Source: Sminthopsis crassicaudata (Eukaryota). Taken from it: a stretch of 64,000 nucleotides of DNA. Position numbers and translations under genes: made by a program. The stretch spans positions 651,102,558-651,166,557 of the forward strand of contig NC_133619.1 of NCBI RefSeq assembly GCF_048593235.1. Reading direction: 5' to 3'. The notes beneath the pieces are model-generated. The model saw only the letters and a list, made by a program, of their open reading frames with translations, was not told the DNA's origin and did no database searches. Below, in pieces: positions 52,055-64,000 of this stretch (the stretch's first letter is position 1; each line of letters starts with the position of its first letter).

Positions 52055-54694
52055 GCAGGGCTGCTGTTGAAGGCCTGCCAACACTTTCACCTGTTCCTAT
52101 CCAATAGAAAACTGATACACCAGTGTGGATAGAACAGTGGCCCTTAGGTAGCGATAAAATTCAGGCCTTACTGGACATAGTACAGGAACAACTTGACCAA
52201 GGATACTTGCGGCCTTCTCTAAGTCCTTGGAATTCCCCAGTATTTGTTGTAAAAAAGAAATCTGGGAAATGGAGGATGTTGACTGATTTAAGAAAGGTAA
52301 ATGAACAGATGGAAACTATGGGAACTCTTCACCCTGGACTTTCATCTCCTACTCAGTTGCCTAGAGAATGGCCTCTATGGGTTATAGACATTAAGGATTG
52401 TTTCTATTCTATCCCTCTAGATAAGGAGGATATGAAAAGATTTGCCTTCTAAGTGCCCAGGGTTAACTTAGCTGAGCCTTATAAAAGATATGAATGGACA
52501 GTTTTGCATGAATGAAAAACAGCCCTACTATGTGCCAAATGTATGTTGCTGCTGCTTTTACTTCAGTAAGAAAAGCCATTCCAAAAGTAATATTGTTACA
52601 TTATATGGATGATATATTGGGATGTGCACCTGAGGAAAAAATGTTAGAAGCATGTCTACAAAAAACCATAGAAACACTGAGGAACTACAAATTGCACATA
52701 GCTCCAGAGAAAATTCAGAGACATGCTCCTTTTCAATATTTAGGATATGAAGTATACCCTAAGGTGCTTACAGTACAAAAACTTTCCTTAAGAACAGAGA
52801 AGCTAAACACCTTAAATGACATTGGATAGGTGATATCCAATGGATGTGTCCAGTGTTAGGCTTGACTACCTGTCAATTGCAACCATTATATGACATTTTA
52901 AGGGGAGACAGTGCTTTAAATTCACCACGCCAGCTTACAAAAGAACCTCAAGAGGCTTAAGAGAAGTTGAACTGTCTTTCTCCAATGTGGTTGAAAGAGT
53001 CACTCAAAAACCCTTGGAAATATCAGTTTTTGCTACACAAGAGCCCCCACAGCAGTCCTTCATCAAGGAGACAGTGTGATAGAGTGGGTGAACCTCCCAG
53101 AACAACCAGAACAAAGCCTTATTCCTTACCCAGTGCTTGTGGCTAGAATTTTATTAAAGGCCATTAAACGAGCAGTACAATTATCTGGGATTAGACCTAA
53201 CAAGATATATACCTTTTATACTAATGCACAAGTTAATGTGTGCTGTGAAACCATCCCAGAGTGGCAAATTTTATTAGCCCTGGCTCCAAATTTTACACAC
53301 GGGTCTCCATTAAAGATAACCAGACTGCTACATAATTGGTGATGGATTCTTGAAGAAAAGGTTTTTAAAGTTCCTCTTACAGGACCAACTATCTTTTTAG
53401 ATGCAGCCAAACATAATATTTGTGCTGTATACTCTTGTGACTTAACTATAAAGAGAGTAGTCAGAACTCCTTTTCAGTCCACTTAGTAAAATGAATTGTA
53501 TGCAATCATTCTAACTCTTACTTATCATCCAGAAGATATAAATATAATATCTGATTCGGCCTATTCAGTAGGTATGGTACAAAGAATTGCCACAGCCCAA
53601 ATAAAATTTGTAGCCTCCAATATATATCAGCTCTTTAAGGAACTTCAAGAGCAAGTGAGAAAGCATCCAGGTAAGATCTATATCTTGCATGTCCACTCTC
53701 ATAGTGGCCGTCCAGGTCCTATTTTTGATGATAACATAGTCTTCTAACCATGCTGGCCAGTACTCCTTTATTTCAAGAATCCCAAGAATCTCATTCTAAA
53801 TATCATCAGGCTGCCCGAGCTTTACGTTTGCAGTTTGGAATAACGAGAAGAAGCTAGGAGCATAGTAAAAGCCTGTACAGCTTGCCTTCCTTTCCATGCT
53901 CCTACACTCACTCCAGTGAAGAACCCTCATAGTTTGAGACCTAATAAAATCTGGCAAATGGACGTGACCCATTATAAATCTTTTGGTCGTCTATCTTTTA
54001 TCCATGTCGTGGTACACACCTTTTCAGGATTCACTTTTGTAATACCAGCAGCAAAAGAGACAGCCCGAGTGGTCTGTCCTTACACAAGCATTTGTAACTT
54101 TGGGTGTGCCACAAACAATAAAAACAGACAATAGATCTGCATATACTTCTAAACATATTGTACACGTTTGTGCACAGTATAAGATTTTACATATTACTGG
54201 CATACCTTTTAATCCTCAAGGACAGGCAACAGTAGAGAGGAGAAAGAGATATTAAGACACTCCTCCAAAAACAAAAAAAAGGGGGAGCCACAGTAACCCT
54301 AGAGAACTTCTAAATCTAGCTCTTTATACTATTAACTTCTTGATTTTTGATAAAGATGCACTGGCTCCGGCAGACAGGCTTTATAACTCCCTGGAAGGGC
54401 AGGGTCCAGTGAGAGCAGCTCCACTATCTCTAGATAATCGCCAGGTCATGTGGAGAGAGTCAGAAATGAATGGAATGGACCCGTAGGTTAACTGCTTGGG
54501 GGGATATGTTAACTGTCTCCTTGATGAAGGACTGCTATGGGTGCCTCTGTATCTCTACAGATGGAGAAGGAATCAAATGGGTGCCAACGAGCCTTATTCG
54601 CCTTGTCCTTCAGAGAGAGACAGAGCACACCCTTGAAAAGAAGAAGACCCAAGAAACATCGGGTGGTTCCGTTGCTGACTGTGCCCACCACTGA
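52047..54694 (+). pseudogene. pol: ERV pol (RT, RNase H, integrase; disrupted)
   Basis: WIEQWPL...SPWNSPVFVVKKKSGKWRMLTDLRKVN, LHYMDDIL, an RNase H segment IISDSAYSVG, and integrase HHCC and KIWQMDVTHY motifs. Confidence 0.93.
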
Positions 54695-54709
54695 AAGAGC
54701 CTGGCCGTT

Positions 54710-55200
54710 ATGGCATTTGACTCATGGACATCAAAAATTGTTGGACTTCAAAATCCTCAGGAATCATTGGAATCCCTGAGACATGAAAAGATTGTTGTAG
54801 GACTTGAAAACCCTCAGGAGTCGATGGATTCTCTGAGACATGACAAGACTGTTGTAGGATTTCAAAACCTGTAGGGACCGTTGGATTCCCTAACATATAA
54901 AAAGACTGTTGTAGGACTTCCAAAACTTGCAGGGATCATGGATTCCCTGACACATGAAGCAATGGACAATAGACTGGTTTTGGACTATCTCTTGGCTGCT
55001 GAAGAAGGCATATGTGTGACTGATGTTTACATACCCTCCTTCTAGGACTTCTGGAAATCTTTTACAAGACCGTGTTGATTTATATTTTATATTTATATAT
55101 TTTATATTTTGTTATATCACTACTTGCATGTACAATTCCTGTTTGTTAAACCACATCGAGCCTGCACTGACTGTGGGGAGAGTCACCACTAATAGCCTCT
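54710..55200 (+). pseudogene. env: Remnant of env TM subunit with tandem heptad duplications
   Basis: One frame holds four 57-bp repeats followed by MDNRLVLDYLLAAEEGICV, which resembles the gamma-type immunosuppressive domain. A hydrophobic stretch lies downstream. No SU domain is visible. Confidence 0.7.
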
Positions 55201-55934
55201 GCGTTATTGCTATGTGCTACCTCCCATGCTGATGGGTTTGTGCATACCTGTATCTAATAAGACCCTTCAGCCCAGAAATCCGCTAGCAAATCCCCACTTC
55301 CCTTTGGGGCTTTTCATCTCCCCTCCTGAGAAGTCAGGAATGGCGTGACCACCTGTGTTCTAAAACAAAGGAAAGTGGGAGATGTAAAGGGCTGAAACTC
55401 TTGAGTCAATGCACTGAGGACAGACAATCGAGCACGTGAGGCTAATTACCAATTGGACATTACGCTATAAGAATATGCTTGGAAAATGGCCCTTCCCCCT
55501 ATCCTGGCCCAGTCATTTGGTGTATGCAGAGAACTGTGGGAGGGACTAGGAGGTGGAGAGAGATGAGCCAGAATCACTCTGGTGGGACATGAGGGGGTGA
55601 GGTTGTGAAGACCCTATGCAGCCATTCCCTTCACTTCTACCACTAAAGTAGACTTTTGCTTATCTTGACTCCTAAGATATGCAGGATGCCAACGCAGTCA
55701 TCACAGCCACCCACTTAGCATGGAGATGATAACTGAGCTTCCCTCACAGACTCATTGTGAAGATCAAGTAAGATGCCTGTAAAGTTCTTAGCACATGGTG
55801 ATGATGATGATGGCAAACTCGACCTCCCTTCAATGTAGCCTCTTCTTTAAGGCTGTCCTGTCACATTATCCATTCATCTTTCTATTAGGGCCCACTAAAA
55901 TCTTTTTTCTTAAAAAAAAAAAACCCAAAATTTT

Positions 55935-56080
55935 GGAGCAGCTGGTTGGTGCAGTGGATAGAGAACCAGCCCTGAAGTCAGGAGGATCTGAGTTCAAATC
56001 TGGCTTCGGTCACTTAACACTTCCTGGCTGTGGGACCCTGGGCAAGTCACTTAACCCCAAGTGCCTCATGGAAAAAAAAA
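55935..56080 (+). mobile_element. tRNA-derived CORE-SINE
   Basis: GGAGCAGCTGGTTGGTGCAGTGGATAGAG...GAGTTCAAATC...CAAGTCACTTAACCCC followed by an A tail. Confidence 0.9.
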
Positions 56081-57385
56081 TAGACGAATTGTTGGGTAAC
56101 CCTAATTCTTCCCTATGTTACACTTTATAATGTTGAATTCTAAAGACCAAATGTAAGACTTTCCATCCATGTCTACTCAATTTCATCAGATTAGATTTAG
56201 TCCAATGCTCTCACCTATGAAGATGTGTTTTTTTCCTCCGGTGTGTTCACCACTTCACGCAGCTACAAATTTAAGAGCGTGCTCTCTCTACCTTCGTCTA
56301 AGTAACTGATTAAAAATGTGAACCTGCGCCACATCACAGGAGACCTCCTTCCAAGTCCACAAAAACCACTAGTGGCTATACTTCTCTGTCCGCTCCAGTG
56401 GGGCTGAATTCCCCTATTGTAGTCTTTCCTGCCAGGGACGCAGGCTGTTTTCTGTGTAACTGTGGCCCTGGGGGAGACATGAGGCATGTGTGGGGCAGTA
56501 TACCCTCCTAGAGATCCCCCACCCCATCCACTTGTGAAGAAAGGGACACACTTGAGATCATTTCAATTCCCAAGCTTTAATCCTGGGCTGCAGAAGGTGG
56601 AGGAGGAACCCAAGCGGTCCCAGTCCACAACTTTGCCCGTGTTCCAAGCACATTCTATTCCCCAATAAATAAATTAGGGCAAAGGAGAGGAATCCCCTGT
56701 GATCTCTCCCTGCCCCTATCAGGTCCCCATCTGCCTCCGCAGGGACCCTCGTCTGTAAGAACCCACCCCTATACTCCAAGGTTTAGTGCGACATATATAC
56801 AAAGGGAGGGAGAGGGGATGGTCCGTTGGAGGGGAGCCAGTGGTCTCCAGGATCAGAAAAAGGACCCAGAACAGGGAGAAGATGAAGAGTTGTCAGAGAG
56901 GCACAGACGACTCTCCATGGATGGGCAGAGGTAGCAAGGGATCCGCTCCCTGGGTCCAGGGAGAGGCTGGAGGAGCCACAAGGGATCTATCTGCTCCCTG
57001 CATTTGGGGGGGTGGGGGCGGGTTGGCGGCCAGGGCGGGAAGAGAGGGGAGAAGAAGGAATCTATTCCTCAGAGACACACGGGGAGAGGAAGAGGTCTGC
57101 TCTCTGCAACTCAGCAAGTGACGGAGGCCCAAACGGAAACTGGAGGTTATTCACTCGTACCAATGGGACCCCTTCCTTGGCATCGGCTGGCAACCAAGAG
57201 GATCCGCTCCTACGGTGCCAGGAGAGCTTATGCTGTCCCTGAGGCTGGGTTAAGGTCCGAGGAGATCCCACTCTCTAAGGCTGGGGAGATCTCTGAGCAG
57301 CTCCATGGCATGAGGCTGGGCAGGGGGTCACAGGGGATCTCGGGGGACCCAAAGAAGCCTGCCCATTTTGGAAGGGAATTGGCTG

Positions 57386-60300
57386 TTAGGTGGCTCCCGC
57401 TCCTCCAGCCCCACGATCACCTGGACGCTGGGGGCAGCACATCCCCCAGGTGCTGGAGGGCAGAGCCAGTAGCAGGAAGGAGCCCCCCCCCAGGAGCAGC
57501 AGGGCAGCAGCCGCAAGAGCACAGGCCACCGACCAGGAGTACTCGTAACCCAGCCAAGGGGCCGGGCCTGGCCCAGTCCTGGCCAGCAGCTCGCGGACGC
57601 CCTGGCGGAACAGCTCGAGGCTCACCAGCAGCAAAAGTCCTGTGGGGAGAGAATGGGAAAAGGGAGCCCAGTGCCCCACTCAGCCGCCCAGGCCCAGTGG
57701 TCTCAGCTCCTGGCGGGCAGCTTCTGGGGTCTACAAATCTCAGGATGCATCAAGAATTATGACTCCCAACCTGCAGCGCCAGCAAGTCATCGACCATTTA
57801 TAAGCGCCTACTGTGTGCTAGCGCTGAGTGGCTAAGGCTCTGAGAACTACAACTCCCAGGGGGCCACGGTCCTTGGAGACTTCCACTCCCAATACATTAT
57901 TACTAGGTGAGAACTCAGGTTGTCTGGACCATTACAAGGTGAGAACTCACCTAGTAACCCTAACACTGTCTCTGGAAGTCACAGCTTCCAGCATGCAACG
58001 GTGCTGAATGATGCAAATGGTCAGGCTGGGGCCGGGCCGGCCAGCATAGAGTGTGGGGAGCCAGGCAGATCCCTACCTGAGAGGCTGAAGCAGACCGCCG
58101 CGTGGGTGAGCAGGAACTCGGCGCCTTTGCTGAGGACCATGATGACACAGATGCAACCTAGGACCGTGATAGCCAGGGCCAGAGTGGCAGTGATGGCGGC
58201 AGCTACTCCCAGCTCTGGGAGGGGGGGAGGGCAGCAGAGGGAGGTGGGGAAGGAAGGAACGTTAGAGACAGCTCCGTCCCGGCCTACCTGAGGAAGGCAA
58301 GCGGTGGCCGTGTGGGAGCAGGAGCCCACCCTGGCTGCCCAGGCAACTCTAGGGAAGTCCCTTCGCTTCAATGGGGGAGGGAGTTTAGAATGGAGTGGAG
58401 CCAGATGACTTCCCTCAGGCTCCGCGAGGGCCTGAACCTTGGCCCCCCAGACACCAGACCCAAGGGCGAGGAGGACCTACCTTTTTTCGTCGTCCGCTGC
58501 AGGATCCGGTTGTTCTCCCCTGTGGTGAAGAATCTGAAGTAAGAGCAGTTCGCCTCTGTGGGAAGAAGACACAGATACTTGGGAGGGATGCTGACACGGG
58601 GAGCGGCCTGAAGTCAGGGAAAGGAAGAGAAGGGGACGGAAGACAAAGGAGGAGAGGAAGCTCTGGCTCTTGCAGCCAGCTGATCCTGGAGCAGTCACCG
58701 TCCTCTGTGTGCGTGAAGGGCTCTGAGCCCATGCACCGAGGCTCTTTACCCTTTGGACAATACTCCATTAGCATAGGCCGGAAAATGGCCCAGAGAATTG
58801 TGGGACAGACTAGGGGTGGAGGAAGACAAGCCGGGGTCCCTTTGGCTGTAGACGAGGAGAAGGGAGGTCATGGAGAGCCTGCGAACCTTCCCTTCACCCC
58901 CACCCCTAAAGACCAAGAATAAAGACCGAGGACTTCGGCCGATCTTCCCATGTGTATCTGCTTCCTCCTCTGAGAAATGGGAATAACGAGCACCCGCCGC
59001 CCTGTGCCCCAGTACCGAGACGAGTAGGTGGCGCCTGAGGGACGCAGGGAAGGCGTCGGGCTGGCCGTCGTGGCCCTGGGGTCACGCTGCGCCCCCAGAG
59101 GCCCCGGCCCCTTTTCCCAGCAGGCCGCGGCTGCCGTGGGCCCCGCGGGGGAGGGGGGCTTCCGGGAGCTCCAGGAGGGTCTGAATCTCGCCGCCTCCAC
59201 CTCCCACTTTCCTGAATCTATTCTCTGGCTTACAGAGAGAAGTCTGGGCAAACCCTCTGAGTCACCAATGAGGGGCGATCGGGAAATTCAGAGAGATCCA
59301 GCGCAGCCCTTCCCGAAGCAGGCGTCTGCTGAGCCTTGCCTGGCTCTCGATTGTCCCCTCCCTCCTCCCCATGAGTCCTCCCTTCTCCAGGCTCCACATT
59401 CTGAGCCCTTCCACTGAGCCTCATATGACCAGATTCAAGGCCCCTCCTGTCTATTCCCCTCCTATCAATATCCTCAAACTCCCTCCCAGAACTAAAAGCT
59501 GTGGTGAAGACCCAGGATGTGAGACTCGCCCATCCCGGAAGCTGGGCCCATTAGCCAAGTGGGCCGCCTTATCCCACTGCGGCTTTCGCCTCCCACTGAG
59601 CTTGCAGTCCACTGAGACCTCCAGATTTTTTTTTCAGCTGCACTGCTGTCTGCCTTCTTCATTACCTTTCTTTTTAAACTCAGGCTTAAGAATATAAAAT
59701 TATTGGCTGACATTTATCTTATTAGGTGCGTCCCAGCCTCCTAGCTTGAGGAAGTCTGGGGCTTCTATGTTTTTGATCAGACGGCTACCCTGACCTCTTC
59801 TACAACTGGATGGAGGGCTCAGGAGTCTGAGGTTTGACACCTGTCCAGGTGGATCAGCATCTCTCTCTCCCTTCCCAGGGGTCAGAATTCCCAGCTCCTT
59901 CAACGTCCTTCTCCGCAAACAAGTTAATTCTGTCAATTCTTGTTCTCCAGGGGCCAGTCCGAGGTCAGGGCCCTGTCTCTGCCTTCCAAAGAAGCTTCTC
60001 TCTGTCGCCCCAAGACTGGACTCTTTCCCTCTTTCTGTCTCTCTCCCTCTCTATCTCTGTGTCTCTCTGTATTTCTCTCCCTCTCCTTTTCTGTCTCTCC
60101 TCTCCCTCTGTGTCTCTCCCTCTCTGTGTCTGTCTCTGTCTCTCCTCTCTCTCTCTGTGTCTCTCCCTCTGTGTCTCTCCCTCTCTGTGTCTGTCTCTGT
60201 CTCTCCTCTCTCTCTGTGTCTCTCCCTCTGTGTCTCTCCCTCTCTGTGTCTGTCTCTGACTCTCCTCTCTCTCTGTTTCTCCCTCTCTGTCTCTCCTCTC

Positions 60301-63068
60301 TCTCTGTCTCTGTCTCTCCTCTCTTTTTTCTCTGTCTCTGTCTCTCCCTCTCTGTGTCTGTCTCTCTCTGTCTCTGACTCTCCTCTCTTTCTGTGTCTCT
60401 CCCTCTGTGTCTCTCCCTCTGTGTCTCTCCCATCTCTGTCTCTCTGTGTCTCTCCTCTCTCTCTGTGTCTCTCCCTTTGTGTCTCTCCCATCTCTGTCTC
60501 TCTCTGTCTCTCCTCTCTCTCTGTCTGTGTCTCTCCCCTCTTTTTTCTCTGTCTCTGTCTCTCCCTCTCTGTGACTCTCTGTATTTCTCTCCCTCTCCTT
60601 TTCTCTCCCTCTCTGTCCCTCCCTCCCGCAGGGTCCAGCCTAGGTTGGAGGATGTCTCCCCATGTCCCTGGGGCCGCCAGCGGTTCCTTCCTCCCTTAGC
60701 CGGGTGAGCTTCCGAGGCTGGTTGTCAGTTGCTCCCAGCTATGCCTAGGCAGGAACCTTGCTGGACTGTGGGGTTCCCAGAACCTTCCAGCCGGTCCTCC
60801 TGGGGCAGCCGGGTGTGTGCTGGCTCCCCGTCTTTGGGCACTCGTGGCCCAGGACTGTCTCTGCCCCCCAGGGGAGCCAGCGGTCTGGAGGATCCCCACA
60901 AAGTCTCGAGGACTTTTCCCAGAGCTGAGCTGAGGTCAGGGTGCTGTGGGTCACCTGCCCGTTTCCTTCCCGGGCTCCCGGGAACAGGCAGAGGTCAGGA
61001 ACGCATCGGCATCTCCCAGTTTAAGTCAGAACTCATCTCTGCAGCCCCCCGTCAGTAAGGGGAGTAGGGCATCTTCGCAAAGCCCAGGAGCGGCAGGCGG
61101 AATCAGCCATCTTGGGGAGCAGCTGGGGGGGGTTCTAGATCCTTCTCCCTGGATCAGTTAGGGGCCGGGTCGCTCCCCGGAACATCTCCCTAGCATCGCC
61201 TTGCCTCGGATTCGGCCAAGGGGGGACCTTGCTCCCTCTCACGGGGGTTGATGTGTAAACCGGTGCTCTCTCCCCAGCGTGCTCATGCCAGTGACCCCTC
61301 TCAGCTTCCTGGGCCAGCCAAAGGTCCAGGCCACTCGGTGCCCCTTGGCTTGGCCGAGTTCTGGGTCTTGTCTTTAGCTTTCTCAGCCTGGCATCCCCGG
61401 CACTGTCCCTGGCACGCTCAGGATCATCTTAACGTCCCCCAGAGAGCTGCAGGGTTGCACCAACTCCGTCCCCCCGGGCCGCCAAACATCGAGGCCGTCT
61501 CCACTCAGAAGTCGGGGCTGTCCCCCTCCAGCCCCTTCCCGAGGCAGCCTGGGGCCTGGCCCTCCCCGGGAGCTCTGCCCTGGTCCAGGCTGGGACCATC
61601 AGAGGCCCGGCTCAATCCCCACGGCTGCCCGCCTCTCTCTAAGTCTCTCGGGCCAGAGCCGGGGCAAGGGGTGCAAGCTCCGAGCGTCCTCCGTGTCCCT
61701 GGGACAATGGCAGTGAGCAGTCCGTGACTCCCCTGGAGCTCAGTGAGGATCATGGGGGTCTAACTGGTTCTGATCCAGCTGGGTCGGAGCTCAGCGCCAC
61801 GCCTCCCTGGATGGTCTGGGCTGTCCATCATCTCCAGGGAGCTCGGAGGCCCGGTCATGTCTATCTCCCCAAGGCAGGCCAGATCTGGGCGGCAGGCCTG
61901 CTTCCCGGGGAGCTCAGGGGTATTAGTGCCAGGGTTCTCTGGAGAGCTCAGGCGCAGCCCGAGGTGCCTCAGGCTTCGGCTCTCAGGTCTCTCAGCTGTG
62001 GGCAGCCCCTGCATTCTCCCTAGCCCTCGAGGTCCGGCTCTTTGTCCCATCTCAGAGTTCCGAGTACTTCGGACATAGCCGGGACCGCCACGTCTTCCTG
62101 GAGAGATCGGCGGTCCTCCCGGGGGAGGAGCAGACAGGCGTCCTGGGCCGCCGCTAGGTCTCCCCAGGAAGCCGGAGATGTTGGCTGTCTCTCCGGCTCC
62201 CCCGGGGCTCTCTGGGCGCCGAGTGAGCTCTCCCACAGAGCAGCTCTAGACTGTCCCCTCCCCCTGGAACAGCTTGCACTGCCCCCGGTGGCTCCCCAGG
62301 AGGTCCGGGGCTGAAAGCATCTCTGCGTCCTTTCTGGCTGGCCTGCCATCGTCATCATCCCTTTCCCCTTGAGCTGGTCAGTCCGAAAGCCGGCTGTGTC
62401 TCCATCCCCCGTCTGGACCATGTCCCCATCCCCCAGAGCACTCGGCAGGTCTAGGCGGCCCTAACCTACTTCCAGCCGAGCCCACCCCATCGAAGTCCGG
62501 GCCTCCTGTTTCCTCGAGTTCCCAGGATCTCTGCCTCGGTCTCCCTCTAGCCCTTCTCCTCTGCCTCAGAGTCCCTGACTCACTGTCTCCTTCCTGGGAG
62601 CCCCCGATTTTCCTGAGCCTTAGTTTCCTTCTCTGTAAAAGGCGGGGTCCGTCCCAGCGGACTCGGAGACCCTTAGGGCCTCCCCCTGGGTCCGCCTCTC
62701 TCAGGGTCTCCCCATCCCCCCGGGCCACCCTTGCGGTCCTCACCTCCAGGTAACTCAGCAGGGCCACAGGTCTCCCTGTTGGGGGGCAGGTCTTCCAGCC
62801 AGAGCCTCTTGGCACACACTCGCCACAGCCCGAGGTGGGCAGCTTCACACACGCCACTCGTGCCGTTGCCCCTTTTGGTGCCCAGCTCCACCCAGAACTC
62901 AGTGCCCACGGCCAGGACCGCCAGGGCCGTGCCCATGCCGGCCAGCAGTAGGGCCAGCTTGATCGGGCCGCGGCGCTCCCGGGCCAGGCCGGGCCTTTGG
63001 GCTCTCCTCCGCGCTGCGTCAGCCCGGCGTCTTTCCTCCTCCTGGATGAAAAAGTTAGACCACATCAT
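57386..63068 (-). CDS. CACNG6: Voltage-dependent calcium channel gamma-6 subunit, 263 aa
   Basis: Exons 63068-62744, 58555-58481, 58214-58077 and 57639-57386 total 792 nt. The protein reads [15 protein letters not shown]...GTEFWVEL...[17 protein letters not shown]...[15 protein letters not shown]...YEYSWS. Confidence 0.97.
58712..58960 (+). mobile_element. Diverged LTR related to the provirus LTRs, in CACNG6 intron 1 (antisense)
   Basis: Shares TTGGACAATACT, GGAAAATGGCCC, AGAGAATTGTGGGACAGACTAGG, CCCTTCAC and AAGACCAAGAATAAAGAC with 49119-49465. Confidence 0.7.
60020..60620. repeat. TC/TG-rich low-complexity compound microsatellite in CACNG6 intron 1
   Basis: Repeated CTCTCTGTGTCTCTCCCTCTCTGTGTCTGTCTCTG. 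Confidence 0.95.
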
Positions 63069-64000
63069 GGTGGCTGGGGGAGAAGGGGTCCAGCCCCACC
63101 GGGCTCCCCCAGGCCCCAGGTGGCTGGCCGGGCCTCCAGCTCAGGCTCGGCCCCCAGCCCCACTTCTCTCCCCGGCCGCTCGGGGTCCCCGGCACCGCTG
63201 CCCCCAGCACGCTCTGCTCCGACTGTGGCCTCCCCCCTGACCCACACAGACAGGCAGGCGGCCCTCCCCCCAAGCGAGGCCTCTGGGGCTATTTTGGGCC
63301 CCACCATGTAAGTAACACCCGCACCTGTTGTGGGTATTTTAAGGGAACAAGTGGAGGGAGGGAGGCTGGGGTGGGAGGAGCTGGAGCCTGGATGCCTGGG
63401 CCCTGGAGAGGGCAGGGACTGGGGGAAAGGGATGCCTGGGTCCTCCCAAGGGAGGGAGAGATGAAATCTGGCCTTCCCCTAGGAAGGGGGCCCAGCTGGA
63501 ATAACAGCCCACACCGTTCTCTTCATCAACTTTATTAGACAGGACACCCTCACCGGGTGGTCCGTGCCAGCCCAGCCCCGAGCCTGCAGCCCCAGCCGGC
63601 AACCGGGACCGGGACATCCGCAGGGTGAGGCGCCGGAGCCAGGCCCGTCAGGGAGGCAGGGATGGAGGCAGATTGCGATCCTGCCTCCCGGTGACAACAG
63701 CTGACCGGATGCCCTTCGGCTCGCCCTATCCCAGATTCCTCAGCCCCTCCCTCTGGCCGCTGGCCCTCAGCATCTCTCTGCAGCCGTTAAGCCTTCCCTG
63801 TCTCTCCCATCGGGCCTCCCTACTTGTACCTCTCTCCCTCCGGTGTGTCCCCTTGTCTCTGGGTCACTGTCTCATCTCCAGGGGTGACGCGTATCTGTGC
63901 AGAGCTCAGTAGGAGCCTTTGTCCCTCTGCCCTCCCATGGCTCTCTGGGCTCATCTACTCTGCATTTGATGCCGTGTCTGTGTACGCGCGGGTGCGTGTA

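Larger units (their letters stand above)
49119..55705 (+). mobile_element. Defective betaretrovirus-like (class II) endogenous provirus
   Basis: 5' LTR 49119-49465, PBS, gag-pro-pol with stops and frameshifts, an env remnant, PPT 55362-55382 and 3' LTR 55383-55705. Confidence 0.96.

Noticed and set aside
59933-60707. Multiple 100-180-aa ORFs in CACNG6 intron 1
   Set aside because: They are translations of TC/TG microsatellite sequence.
63070-64000. CACNG8 3' end or miR-935, expected upstream of CACNG6 by synteny
   Set aside because: No matching coding or hairpin sequence was recognised; they probably lie beyond the window.

Overview
Very GC-rich marsupial genomic DNA. The clade call is inferred from CORE/MAR1-type SINEs, an RTE relic and marsupial-type L1; a dasyurid is plausible but not proven. 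The window is syntenic with the edge of the human 19q13.42 leukocyte receptor complex (LRC), read in reverse. I reconstructed complete, frame-consistent exon models for six genes: CNOT3 (-), PRPF31 (-), TFPT (+), NDUFA3 (-), a two-Ig-domain LRC-type receptor (-) and CACNG6 (-). Between the receptor and CACNG6 lie about 30 kb of mostly repeat-derived DNA. This includes an inverted pair of solo LTRs, an AT-rich block with a young 5'-truncated L1, a 2.1-kb minisatellite that grew inside an old GC-shifted L1 ORF2, and a degenerate 6.6-kb betaretrovirus-like provirus. The most interesting signals are: (1) an LRC receptor with Gln at the transmembrane position where activating family members have Arg, a GP6-like tail and no ITIM, oriented opposite to eutherian OSCAR/TARM1/VSTM1, none of which I could find; (2) the L1-born minisatellite; (3) a mini-env frame made of tandem 19-aa heptad repeats plus an immunosuppressive-domain-like motif; (4) intronic VNTRs sharing a core that resembles human MSR1. 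All calls were made by eye; no searches were run, and comparisons to human or viral sequences are from memory.
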